Shown here piece by piece: positions 1 to 9,210 of a stretch of DNA of 64,000 bases (position 1 is its first letter; each line of letters starts with the position of its first letter). A program made the position numbers and the translations under genes. The stretch is taken from positions 15,316 to 79,315 of the forward strand of contig JAHQWK010000028.1 in assembly GCA_029856145.1 (NCBI GenBank), given 5' to 3'. This DNA comes from Promethearchaeia archaeon. GTDB taxonomy: Archaea; Asgardarchaeota; Lokiarchaeia; Sigyniarchaeales; SOKP01. The notes beneath the pieces were generated by a model. The model had not been told where the DNA came from and ran no database searches. It was given only the letters and a program-made list of their open reading frames with translations.

Positions 1-387
1 CCTATAATGACCAATTCCTTCTTTCATAGTTCCTGTTTCCGGATCATAAAGAATTTTATCCTCTATTCTATGACTCATGTGAAAAGCAATATCTATAGAT
101 GCCAGAGCCTTTTCGATACTGTCAAATTCTCGTGGCCACTTTGTATTCTCAGAAATTTTATTTCCTACTACATAAAGTGTATTTGGCCCAAAGACTTCAA
201 ATATTGTTTTAAATGCATCTAACCAGTTTTGTTGAGGATACCATTTATCTTTTTGAGGATTTTCAATATTATTATCAATTAAAATTTGTAATATTCTTTC
301 CTTGACAGTAGGTAATCCTTCAACCATTCCTAATATAGACTTTCCACTAACTTCTACTTTTGGATTAATTACTTTAAATTGCACCAA
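1..387 (-). CDS. Conserved hypothetical protein (possible V4R/H-NOX-like ligand-binding domain), runs off the window edge
   Basis: Hand translation from TTG at 387 gives MVQFKVINPKVEVSGKSILG...WYPQQNWLDAFK...ALASIDIAFHMSHR...GIGHYR, open to position 1. Absent from the ORF track because there is no stop inside the window. Family call is from recall only. Confidence 0.75.
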   Translation of the reverse strand, partial: MVQFKVINPKVEVSGKSILGMVEGLPTVKERILQILIDNNIENPQKDKWYPQQNWLDAFKTIFEVFGPNTLYVVGNKISENTKWPREFDSIEKALASIDIAFHMSHRIEDKILYDPETGTMKEGIGHYR

Positions 388-531
388 ACTTTTTCACAAA
401 ATTAAAATGACTTATAAGTAATATGGATATAGAAATATTTCATTTACTTATAATTTGAATTTTAAATTACTTTTTCGTAGCAACCTCTTAAACAATATTT
501 TCAATTACAAGAAAAAAAAAATTAAAAAAAA

Positions 532-717
532 TTAAAATCTACAACAAAGACTACGTCCATGATCAAGATTATATTTGAAATATTCCTCAGATAATGTTTT
601 CATAACTGTATCATAATCCAAATTTACTTCTTTAGATATGTCCTCAATCCCAATACCAGGTGTTGAGATTAATTCACAGATTTTTTTCTTAACTTCTTCG
701 CTAACTTCTATACTCAT
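532..717 (-). CDS. Small hypothetical protein, possible HTH
   Basis: 61 aa; GIEDISKEVNLDYDTVMKTL is HTH-like; co-oriented with cheB. Confidence 0.55.
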   Translation of the reverse strand: MSIEVSEEVKKKICELISTPGIGIEDISKEVNLDYDTVMKTLSEEYFKYNLDHGRSLCCRF

Positions 718-749
718 TATAATTAATTAATAGTTTTTATTAAAAAATT

Positions 750-1892
750 TTAACTAGTAAATTTGATCATTTCATCAATTATTTTATAATTTGGTAATAT
801 TAAATCTGCAGCACCTGTTTCAGCAGCAACTTTTGGCATTCCATATAGTACGCTTGTATCTTTTGACTCCGCTATTGTCTTTCCACCTCTGGATTTAATC
901 GCTTTGAGTCCATCTACTCCATCTCTTCCCATTCCAGTTAATAAAATGCCAAGTGTTTTTTCTTTATATACTCTTGCTGTTGAATAAAACAACACATCTA
1001 CAGAAGGTCTACAGAAATTTACGGGTTCTCCTTCATACGTTCTTACACAAGGTTTATTATCTTTAGCAGTAACTTGCATGTGTTTATCTCCTGGTGAGAG
1101 ATATATTGTTCCAGATTTTATCTCTTCATAATTTAATCCAATTTTTACGTTAACTTTACAAATATTTTTTAAAGACGTGGCAAATTGTCGCATGAAAAGA
1201 TGGTTTAGATGTTGTACGACTAAAACGGGTGCTGGAAAATCTCGAGGGACATCACTTAAGATTGTTCTTAAAGTTCTCGGACCACCTACACTGGCACCAA
1301 TTACTATGATTTTTGTAGACACCTTCGTAATAGTAATTGGAGTAAGGTCTAAAAAATAATCTTCTGATCTATGCTCTATTGATGATTCTAATATTTTATT
1401 AAATTGGACTTCTGGCTTTATTTTTACTTTTTGGCTTTGCTGAATAAAAATTTGTTTATTTAAAAAACGTATCTTGTTATCAATTTTATTATTTTTTCCA
1501 ATATCTGCTAGAATCACTTTTGATATTAATTTATCTCCAATAGTTGGAAGTACATCCTTCCAAACGCCGATAGGTTTAACAATATAATCATAAGATTTTA
1601 GAACGAGAGGAACTTCAAGAGAATCCATATTTTTAGGATCTACATCTGTCAATACAATAGTAGTTATGTTGAATTGTTTTATTATAAAATTAAAAGGTGT
1701 TAGCCAATCTTTATTTTCATATTCGATATCGAGAATTAAAACATCAGGATTCTTACTTTTTATGATATTAATAGATTCTTGTCCATTTCGTGCAACATCT
1801 GCTATTCTTATCCCTTTATGAGGAGAAAGCATATCAGATAATAAAGTTCTACGGTAGGCGGATTGAGAAGCTATTAATACAGTTTTTAGCAT
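750..1892 (-). CDS. cheB: Chemotaxis protein-glutamate methylesterase (REC + CheB domains)
   Basis: IGASVGGP (Ser), VVQHL (His), RPSVDVLF, LTGMGRDG (Asp); N-terminal receiver-like domain. Confidence 0.92.
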   Translation of the reverse strand: MLKTVLIASQSAYRRTLLSDMLSPHKGIRIADVARNGQESINIIKSKNPDVLILDIEYENKDWLTPFNFIIKQFNITTIVLTDVDPKNMDSLEVPLVLKSYDYIVKPIGVWKDVLPTIGDKLISKVILADIGKNNKIDNKIRFLNKQIFIQQSQKVKIKPEVQFNKILESSIEHRSEDYFLDLTPITITKVSTKIIVIGASVGGPRTLRTILSDVPRDFPAPVLVVQHLNHLFMRQFATSLKNICKVNVKIGLNYEEIKSGTIYLSPGDKHMQVTAKDNKPCVRTYEGEPVNFCRPSVDVLFYSTARVYKEKTLGILLTGMGRDGVDGLKAIKSRGGKTIAESKDTSVLYGMPKVAAETGAADLILPNYKIIDEMIKFTS

Positions 1893-2001
1893 TATTTTTC
1901 TCGTTGTCTTCTACTGAAAATAATGAAATTTCTTGTTTATATATATTCTGGTAATAAAACTAAATTGAAATTAAAAAGAATCAAATAATTATTACTTAAA
2001 A

Positions 2002-2697
2002 TCATTCTTCCAGAATAACTTTATGTGTGATTTTTCCTATTTGTTCTATTGACGCTTCAATAAGATCTCTTGGTTGGATTGGGCCTACTCCGCTTGGTGT
2101 GCCTGTTGCTATAATATCGCCAGGGACTAATGTAATAAACTTAGATAGAAAAGCCAAAGTTTCAGGAATTTTGAAGATCAAATATTTTGTATTTGAATGT
2201 TGACGAACTTCCCCGTTTATCTTCAATTGAAGTTCCAAATTATGAGGATCTTCAATCTCACTACAAGGAGTTATTCTTGGGCCTATAGGTCCAAATGTAT
2301 CGAAATTTTTGCTTCTGTACCATGGTAAGTTAATATTTCTATCACTTATCTGCATTTTCCTAGCAGTAATGTCAAGAAAAATAGTATAACCTTCAATATA
2401 TTCATATGCATGCTCACTTTGAATATTTTTACATGTCTTTGATACAATAAAAGCCAATTCTACTTCATGATCCACTCGATTATATTCTTGCGTATTGTAA
2501 AGTAATTTAGGATAAATTATTGGATTCCCATTAGTTACCAATGTATTTAATGTCTTTACAAAAAAAATTGGTTCTTTTGGAATCTTTGCTTTCATTTCTT
2601 TTGCATGTTCCACATAATTTCGTCCTAAGCATATAATTTTTGTTGGTTTTATACTATGATCTCCAAGCTTCATACTTTTTCTCTTATTTAGGTACAA
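2002..2697 (-). CDS. Fumarylacetoacetate hydrolase family protein
   Basis: KIICLGRNYVEHAKE, DHEVELA, DITAR, KNFDTFGPIGP, GDIIATGTPSGVG. Confidence 0.93.
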   Translation of the reverse strand: MYLNKRKSMKLGDHSIKPTKIICLGRNYVEHAKEMKAKIPKEPIFFVKTLNTLVTNGNPIIYPKLLYNTQEYNRVDHEVELAFIVSKTCKNIQSEHAYEYIEGYTIFLDITARKMQISDRNINLPWYRSKNFDTFGPIGPRITPCSEIEDPHNLELQLKINGEVRQHSNTKYLIFKIPETLAFLSKFITLVPGDIIATGTPSGVGPIQPRDLIEASIEQIGKITHKVILEE

Positions 2698-2798
2698 TTT
2701 TTAAATTAATTTAAAATATGATTAAACTTTAAAGAAATTTATCTTTCAGATTATTGTAAACTAAATGGAAAAATAGATATCTCAAAGAGTAGAAAAAA

Positions 2799-3368
2799 AT
2801 GAATGAAACAAATTCTAATACAAAACTGGATGAAAAAAAAGGGAAATCTCTAATTCAAACTAATCTAACAAAAAGAGTAGCAACAGCTGCTATATTTATA
2901 GCCGTTGGGATTGTATTAGCATTTTTCAATCCTTTTGCCTTTGTTGAAATTTTAGGAGGCCCTAAAATTTTTCCTATGGCGCATTTTATTAATGCTATAA
3001 CTGGTGTTCTAATAGGCTTAACTTTCGCATGTACAACTTCCCTAGGTATTGCTATTTTTAGATATCCTCTAGGAATTGGTTCAATTCATGCTTTTCATGG
3101 AGGTATCTCAGGCGCCTTAATTGTTGGAATCATGGCTTATATTTTACGGAAAAAAAAACCTGATTATGTAGAATATGCTGCTTTAACAGATCCAATAGGG
3201 ACGGTATTTATCGCAGCAACAATCGCTAATTTAATTTCACCAGTTAATCTCTTCTATTGGTGGGGATTATTCGCGGCTTCAAGTATACCTGGCTGTATTT
3301 TAGGCTTTCTGATGTTGAAATTTCTGAAGCGTCAAGGATTTTCCTGGACGGATTTTTTTCAAAAATAA
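2799..3368 (+). CDS. thiW: ECF transporter S component, ThiW family
   Basis: Multi-TM; FPMAHFINAITGVLIG, GSIHAFHGGISGAL, DPIGT resemble ThiW motifs. Confidence 0.75.
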   Translation: MNETNSNTKLDEKKGKSLIQTNLTKRVATAAIFIAVGIVLAFFNPFAFVEILGGPKIFPMAHFINAITGVLIGLTFACTTSLGIAIFRYPLGIGSIHAFHGGISGALIVGIMAYILRKKKPDYVEYAALTDPIGTVFIAATIANLISPVNLFYWWGLFAASSIPGCILGFLMLKFLKRQGFSWTDFFQK

Positions 3369-3380
3369 TATTTTTGGCTT

Positions 3381-3968
3381 ATGTTATTTCTAAATAATTT
3401 TAACTTTGAAAATTGTATTGGAAATCACACTCTCTTATATGGAGAAACTGATACAAAAAAGACTTATTACACTGCTAAATTTGTCCAATTTCTAATAGAA
3501 ACAAAAAAAATGAATCCAAAGGAAATTAGTATTTTAGATTTTGCCCCTCCAAATGAATGGATTAATAATATTAAAATTGGAGGTAAAATCGTGGATTTTT
3601 ATGAAAATAGTATTATCTGCAATAATTTTTACTTTAAAGGAGATATCATTCCACCTCGCCTTAATGCAAGAAATAAGAAAGAACTTTATAAAAATGCATG
3701 TAAGAATTTTAAAAAAACTTTCAATATATTAAAGATTTTCTCTAAAAAACCAACAAAAATATTAATTATTAATGATATATCTATTTATCTTCACATAGGA
3801 AATAAAAAACTATTATTAGATTCAATAAAAAGATCAAATACCTTTTTTGGGAATTCATACTATGGTTCTTCTATAAAAAGCGATTTTAATAATGTATTTA
3901 GCTTAAGGGAAAAGCGATTAGTTGAATATTTTTCTAAAAAGATAGAATATTCATATTTTACAGGATAG
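3381..3968 (+). CDS. Hypothetical protein with degenerate P-loop NTPase-like motifs
   Basis: HTLLYGETDTKKT (Walker A-like), ILIIND (Walker B-like). Confidence 0.6.
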   Translation: MLFLNNFNFENCIGNHTLLYGETDTKKTYYTAKFVQFLIETKKMNPKEISILDFAPPNEWINNIKIGGKIVDFYENSIICNNFYFKGDIIPPRLNARNKKELYKNACKNFKKTFNILKIFSKKPTKILIINDISIYLHIGNKKLLLDSIKRSNTFFGNSYYGSSIKSDFNNVFSLREKRLVEYFSKKIEYSYFTG

Positions 3969-4045
3969 AAATATTAATATCTTTTAGGACAAAATAATTT
4001 TAATTAATGCCCTATTTAATTATCTACAAATTAAAATAGAATTTT

Positions 4046-4699
4046 TTGATAGATATGAAAAAATTAATTTTATTTGGTCCTCCAGGAGCGGGAAAAGGCA
4101 CGTTCAGTTCACAAATTAAAAAAGTAGTAACTGAAATTGTTCATATAAGTACTGGAGATATCTTTCGTGAAAATCTAAAGAATGAAACGCCATTAGGATT
4201 AAAAGCTAAAAGCTATATGGATAAAGGAGAACTTGTGCCTGATGAAGTAGTAATTGATATGGTACGAGATAGATTAAATAAAGAAGATGCTAAGAAAAGT
4301 GGTTTTATTCTTGACGGATTTCCTCGAACCTTACATCAAGCAGAAGCATTATCAGAGATAACCGAAGTAGATTTACTTCTATTATTACAAGTTTCAAGAG
4401 ATATTATATTTAAAAGAATCTTAGGGAGGTATAGTTGTAATAATTGTGGTGAGATCTATAATAAATACACACTCCCAACAAAAGTAGAAGGAATTTGTGA
4501 TAAATGTGGTGCTGAAATTAAATTTGAGCAAAGAAGCGATGATAATGAAGAAACTTTGAAAAGTAGATTAGATGCTTATGAAAAGAATGCCAAACCACTT
4601 ATTAAATATTATAAGAAAAGAGGAAAACTGAAAAAAGTTGATGCTACAGATACATTGAGTTTCACTGATGATGATATAAAACAAATTATAGGAATATAA
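4046..4699 (+). CDS. adk: Adenylate kinase (bacterial/eukaryotic type, Zn-binding LID)
   Basis: GPPGAGKGT, HISTGDIFR, LDGFPRT, CNNC...CDKC, QRSDD. Confidence 0.96.
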   Translation: MIDMKKLILFGPPGAGKGTFSSQIKKVVTEIVHISTGDIFRENLKNETPLGLKAKSYMDKGELVPDEVVIDMVRDRLNKEDAKKSGFILDGFPRTLHQAEALSEITEVDLLLLLQVSRDIIFKRILGRYSCNNCGEIYNKYTLPTKVEGICDKCGAEIKFEQRSDDNEETLKSRLDAYEKNAKPLIKYYKKRGKLKKVDATDTLSFTDDDIKQIIGI

Positions 4700-4726
4700 A
4701 ATTTCTTTTTATATTTATTCTAAATC

Positions 4727-5473
4727 ATGAAATATAATCTATGTATTCCAATTCCAATTAGATATACAACTATTAAAGAAGTTAAACCAATAATTGAAAA
4801 AGTTATAAAATCAAAACCTAATCTAATTGAATTGAGATTTGATTATATTTCTAACGTTAATACTCTTTCTGTGGATTTCATAAGAGATTTATTGAATATT
4901 ATTCGTCCTCATGCTGCCGTTATCTTTACTTTCAGAGATTCATCTGAAGGTGGTCAAATTCAAATAGAACAAAACGAGCGCTTTAAAATTTATAAATTGT
5001 TTATAGCCGTTAAACCTGATTATGTAGACCTTGAAATGAATACAGATAAAGACATATTAAAAGAAATTATTAATTTGTCTTCTCAAAAGGGAGTAAAATT
5101 AATTATTTCGCATCATAATTATGAAAAAACACTTACATATGAAGAGGGAATCTCTCTCATTCATGATTTTCACGAATATTTGATTAAAGTGCTGTTAATA
5201 AAACCTAAAATACTTGAAGATAATATTTATAAGATTATTTTTACGGCTCAAACTTTTGAGGACAATCTAATACCATTAAAAGTATGTAAGGAATTCTCAA
5301 ATTCAAATCAGAAAATTATCTCATTCTGCATGGGAACTTTAGGGTTTTTCTCAAGAATTATGTGTGTTATTAAAGGATCTTTTCTTACATATGCTTCTTT
5401 GGAAGAAAAAACAGCACCAGGACAAATTAATATTGAGAAAATGAAAGAAATATATGATCTAATTCTAGACTAG
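4727..5473 (+). CDS. aroD: Type I 3-dehydroquinate dehydratase
   Basis: IELRFD, FTFRDSSEGG, ISHHNY, FCMG...SR, TAPGQ. Confidence 0.92.
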   Translation: MKYNLCIPIPIRYTTIKEVKPIIEKVIKSKPNLIELRFDYISNVNTLSVDFIRDLLNIIRPHAAVIFTFRDSSEGGQIQIEQNERFKIYKLFIAVKPDYVDLEMNTDKDILKEIINLSSQKGVKLIISHHNYEKTLTYEEGISLIHDFHEYLIKVLLIKPKILEDNIYKIIFTAQTFEDNLIPLKVCKEFSNSNQKIISFCMGTLGFFSRIMCVIKGSFLTYASLEEKTAPGQINIEKMKEIYDLILD

Positions 5474-5521
5474 CTTTAAATTCATCATTCTTTAAAATTA
5501 GAATTATGAAGATTAAAAAAA

Positions 5522-6748
5522 GTGGATTTTTTACTTTATTATATGGTCGTTTATTTTGCATTTTTATTTCATATTTATCAACCTCCAGTTCAAATCCCTA
5601 TAGTAATCAAACAAATAGTAAATGAATCCTATAAGCCTATAATGGAGGCTTTACAAGACCATCCAGAGGCAAAGATTACTTTAAATATCAACGGTACTTT
5701 AACCGAACAGTTACATGATTTTGGCTATGACGATTTGATAGGAGCAATTACCACCCTTGCTTCAAAAGGGCAAATTGAATTTACAGGGTCAGGGAAATTT
5801 CACCCTCTACTTCCTTTGATCCCTGAGCCTGAAGTTAAACGCCAAATAACTCTAAATAATGAGACAAATCGACATTTTTTTGGGAAGCTTTATAATCCTC
5901 GCGGATTTTTCCCCCCAGAAATGGCTGTATCTGAAGAAGTTTTTAAAACTGTGAAAAAGTCTGGTTTTGATTGGATAATTATGAGTGGAATTGCTAATAC
6001 TTTACCCAATTTTCCCACAAATAATATATCAATTCATCCCAATGGATTAAGATTGTTGTTTAGAGATGATTATATCTCAATTGATTGTGCTTTTGATAAG
6101 ATTAACAATGTTGATGCATTTATTAAACGCTTATATTATAAACACACATCAGAAGATTATTATGTTATACTTGCTATGGATGGTGAAACTTTTGGACACC
6201 ATGTTAAGCACGCTATAAATAACTTTTTAATCCCATTATTTCAAATAGTCCCTCATAGAAATGATATTAATATCTGTACGATTTCCGAAATTGTTGACAG
6301 ATTTCCTAAAGGCTTCACTCAAGTTCCACGAGATTCAAGTTGGTCAACAATGCCATATGACATTGCTACTGATGTTCCATTCCCTCTCTGGTTCGACCCT
6401 CAAAATGAAATACACCTAGAGCAGCACAGATTTTTTATGTATGCCCTTACAATGATCCACCTATCTGGTAAATATCGTGATAGTATGGATGAGGATAAGA
6501 AAAGAATATTCGATAATGCGAGAAATCTATTAGATCGTGGAATTCACAGCTGTCAACAATGGTGGGCTTCACAACGCCCCTGGTATTCACCTGATATGAT
6601 TTTACGTGGATTAAATGAAGTATTAATGGCAAGTGTAAACGCAAAACGTAGTGTTCCCGAGAACAATCCAGATATTAAAGAAGCTATGGAACTGATAATG
6701 GAAGATATGTTAAAAGCGCAAAATAAGATTGTTTTATCGTTAATATAG
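5522..6748 (+). CDS. Glycoside hydrolase family 57 protein (probable start ATG 5543)
   Basis: HIYQP, ESY, FHPLLPL, FPPEMA (nucleophile), MDGETFGHH (acid/base), SSWS. Confidence 0.9.
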   Translation: MDFLLYYMVVYFAFLFHIYQPPVQIPIVIKQIVNESYKPIMEALQDHPEAKITLNINGTLTEQLHDFGYDDLIGAITTLASKGQIEFTGSGKFHPLLPLIPEPEVKRQITLNNETNRHFFGKLYNPRGFFPPEMAVSEEVFKTVKKSGFDWIIMSGIANTLPNFPTNNISIHPNGLRLLFRDDYISIDCAFDKINNVDAFIKRLYYKHTSEDYYVILAMDGETFGHHVKHAINNFLIPLFQIVPHRNDINICTISEIVDRFPKGFTQVPRDSSWSTMPYDIATDVPFPLWFDPQNEIHLEQHRFFMYALTMIHLSGKYRDSMDEDKKRIFDNARNLLDRGIHSCQQWWASQRPWYSPDMILRGLNEVLMASVNAKRSVPENNPDIKEAMELIMEDMLKAQNKIVLSLI

Positions 6749-6776
6749 ATTTAAAAATAAGAAAAAAAATTATAAA

Positions 6777-6976
6777 TTAATTTTTTTTGAAAATATTACC
6801 ACACCCACCGCACTTCATGTTTTTTGCATAGACTGGAGTGCCCTGCTTCAGCGGTAGGCTGAAATAGCTTTACCTATACTGTAGTAAAGCACGTTATTCC
6901 TGTCTGATTCTTCATGAAGCTTGCGTGGATTCTCATTGCCACATTGAGGACATTTTACTCTTTTATATTCTGTCAT
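6777..6976 (-). CDS. 56-aa zinc-ribbon protein encoded in two exons, join(6976..6876,6846..6777); alternatively a pseudogene with a 29-nt insertion
   Basis: ATG at 6976 reads MTEYKRVKCPQCGNENPRKLHEESDRNNVLYYS, then meets TGA inside the insert. The second knuckle, QGTPVYAKNMKCGGCGNIFKKN*, lies in another frame. Removing 6847..6875 joins them via AT|G (Met). Confidence 0.75.
6847..6875 (-). other. Candidate 29-nt archaeal BHB/BHL-type intron in an mRNA
   Basis: mRNA folds as GUGCUUU/AGGGCAC outer helix, CAGU/GCUG 4-bp central helix, 3-nt bulges AU^A and AA^G, inner helix GGUA/UACC plus GCU/AGC. Confidence 0.7.
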
Positions 6977-7039
6977 ATACCTTAACTCTGTTATAATTAT
7001 TATAAATATTTAGTAGAGTCTATAAATTTAAATATAGGT

Positions 7040-7175
7040 TTTTAATTGAGTTTATATAGCAATCTCCCGAACTAGATTCTCATTTTTTTAATCAACTGCA
7101 TTGATGACAATTTCTGCCGCTGTTTCATAATAGGACTTTCGATAACTTAGAATTTTTTTTAATTTTTTCTTTTTG
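7040..7175 (-). pseudogene. Relic 3' fragment of a second shikimate kinase gene
   Basis: LKKILSYRKSYYETAAEIVINAVD*KNENLVREIAI* aligns by eye with the AroK C-terminus IKKILTYRQPLYESAADFVVETSGKLINKIVAMILI (7902..8432). Confidence 0.6.
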
Positions 7176-7247
7176 GAATTGAAAATTGGACTTTCTAACA
7201 AAAGATTTTTAATAAGAAATTTAATATCTATAATAGGTGAATGATAA

Positions 7248-7799
7248 ATGGCTTCAAATTTAAAAAAAAGAACATTTATTGAATATATAGATATTTTTAT
7301 AGCTATTTTAAACACTATCGTATTAGTCTTTGGAGCATTTGTAGTTCCTAAGAATATCATTTTAACCACTATGAACCTCATTTTTACAGCAGTTCTTTGC
7401 GGATTATTACTAATAACATTTTTGATAAATAATCCTTATTACATATCACCAGGTTACGGAATGGTACTCTTTGGTTTAGTTCTTTCTTTCGGATTATTAA
7501 CATTGCCGGAGTTTCATGCTTCTTTATTATGGATTGGATTTCTTATAATTGTTATCTTGGATATCATTTATGTTGCCAATATGATAAAAGGATCAGCAAG
7601 TTCATCGAGTAGAGTGGCCACAGCGGGAGGACGTGTTTGGACTCTTGTAGAACCAGGTACTGATACTCCAACCTATATAAAAGGAGGTACTGTTGATCGC
7701 AAACAGAAAAAGGCAATTCAAAAAAAATATCATATGTCGTGGATAATTTTGATCACAATGATCTCTATGTTCATAATTTTCTTAACATTAATACTGTAA
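7248..7799 (+). CDS. Hypothetical membrane protein (about 5 TM)
   Basis: Hydrophobic segments; GGTGA Shine-Dalgarno 7 nt upstream of ATG. Confidence 0.75.
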   Translation: MASNLKKRTFIEYIDIFIAILNTIVLVFGAFVVPKNIILTTMNLIFTAVLCGLLLITFLINNPYYISPGYGMVLFGLVLSFGLLTLPEFHASLLWIGFLIIVILDIIYVANMIKGSASSSSRVATAGGRVWTLVEPGTDTPTYIKGGTVDRKQKKAIQKKYHMSWIILITMISMFIIFLTLIL

Positions 7800-7901
7800 T
7801 TATTCAGATAAATCTTTAATTAGGATTTAGCAGGATTATAATGTTATAACGTTTAGATTTGATATCAAAATCCTCAAGATATTAAAAAAATAGAATCGAT
7901 A

Positions 7902-8432
7902 TTACTCAAGGTGTTTCAATTCAATTAAGATCATAGCTACAATTTTATTTATTAACTTTCCAGAAGTCTCAACAACAAAATCTGCAGCAGACTCATATAG
8001 AGGTTGTCTATAAGTCAAAATCTTTTTAATCTCTTCCAAGGATTCTTCTTTTTTTATTAAAGGTCGAGATTTTTTTCTATTTTTCATGATACGTTTGTAA
8101 ATTTCTTCAATAGAGACAGTTAGTAATATGATATGACAATTTTTTCTCAAATTATCAATATTTACTGGATTTAACACAACTCCCCCACCACATGAAATGA
8201 CCACTTTATTTAATTTTGAAACTATTTCACACACAAAAGCTTCATATTCTCTAAATTTAGCTTCTCCCTCCTCAGCAAAAATTTTAGGAATAGATTTACC
8301 AACTTCTTGAATTATTAGTTGATCTGTTTCTAACAACTTATAATCTTTTCCAAGACGTTTCACTAATGCCTTACCAATAGTCGTTTTTCCTGTGGCCATA
8401 AAACCAATAAGAGCAATGGAATCTTTAGTCAT
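7902..8432 (-). CDS. aroK: Shikimate kinase (bacterial/NMP-kinase type)
   Basis: IGFMATGKTTIG, IFAEEGEAKFREYE, ISCGGGVV, RPL, RQPLY. Confidence 0.95.
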   Translation of the reverse strand: MTKDSIALIGFMATGKTTIGKALVKRLGKDYKLLETDQLIIQEVGKSIPKIFAEEGEAKFREYEAFVCEIVSKLNKVVISCGGGVVLNPVNIDNLRKNCHIILLTVSIEEIYKRIMKNRKKSRPLIKKEESLEEIKKILTYRQPLYESAADFVVETSGKLINKIVAMILIELKHLE

Positions 8433-8486
8433 ATTAAATTATATTCACTGTTTTAATTTTTGGGTTATTGTTGATTTTTAGAGAGG

Positions 8487-9041
8487 TTAATCGACTGAAA
8501 ATCCATGTGTTCCCAGAGCGCCTTTTTTTAGTTCTAGATAGTTACCTGCTATATATGCTGGAAAGTTAAATTTATCTGGATCTAAAGTTTCATTTTTTAC
8601 ATAATTAGGATCAGAATGTGTAGCAACAACTTTCCCAAAATAACAGACATGTGATCCAAATTCTACTTTTTTAATTACTTTACATTCCATATTCCATGGA
8701 AACTCTTTTACCATCGGAACTTGCACCACAGAAGCTTTTTCTTTTGTTAAATTTAATTCTTTCCATTTATTAATATCTCTTCCTGAACGAGTACCAATAT
8801 AGTCAGTTTCTCTTAATTGTTCTATTGTTGGATAATTAATTACAAATTCGCCAAATTTTTCAATCAACTTGTAAGAAAATCGCTTAGGTTGTATAGAAAC
8901 AGCAATAATAGGAGGATCAAAACAAACCTTTCCTACATATGCTAATGTTATTAAGTTTGCTTCTTCTCCTGTACCTATAGAAATAACTGCCGCGGGCATG
9001 GGAAAAGTTGAAATTTTTGGACTTAACTTTATTTTTTTCAT
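8487..9041 (-). CDS. Flavin reductase-like (flavoredoxin) protein
   Basis: FPMPAAVIS, PPIIAVSI, GEFVINYP, GTRSGRDINK, MECKV, GSH. Confidence 0.9.
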   Translation of the reverse strand: MKKIKLSPKISTFPMPAAVISIGTGEEANLITLAYVGKVCFDPPIIAVSIQPKRFSYKLIEKFGEFVINYPTIEQLRETDYIGTRSGRDINKWKELNLTKEKASVVQVPMVKEFPWNMECKVIKKVEFGSHVCYFGKVVATHSDPNYVKNETLDPDKFNFPAYIAGNYLELKKGALGTHGFSVD

Positions 9042-9210
9042 TCTAATATCCTTTTGTTAGTTATTGCTAGTTTAATTATTAATAATTTTAATTTTTAACC
9101 TATTAAATAGATTTAATTTAAATTATCTCAAATTTTTCTATAAAACTATTAAATAATAAAGAATTAGTAAGTAATCAAATTTCGTTGAAAATAATATAAG
9201 GTGAAAGAGA

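Noticed and set aside
6848-6850. In-frame TGA in the zinc-ribbon gene read as selenocysteine
   Set aside because: Readthrough gives SRALQSMQKT* and does not recover the second CxxC knuckle, which is in another frame.
6847-6875. Programmed -1 frameshift instead of splicing
   Set aside because: The shift would have to occur in the short stretch between the TAA of the downstream frame and the TGA of the upstream frame, and no slippery heptamer is visible there. Not fully excluded.
7088-7381. 97-aa minus-strand ORF as a real gene
   Set aside because: Its 5' half is antisense to the 7248..7799 membrane gene; only the 3' part looks meaningful, as an aroK relic.
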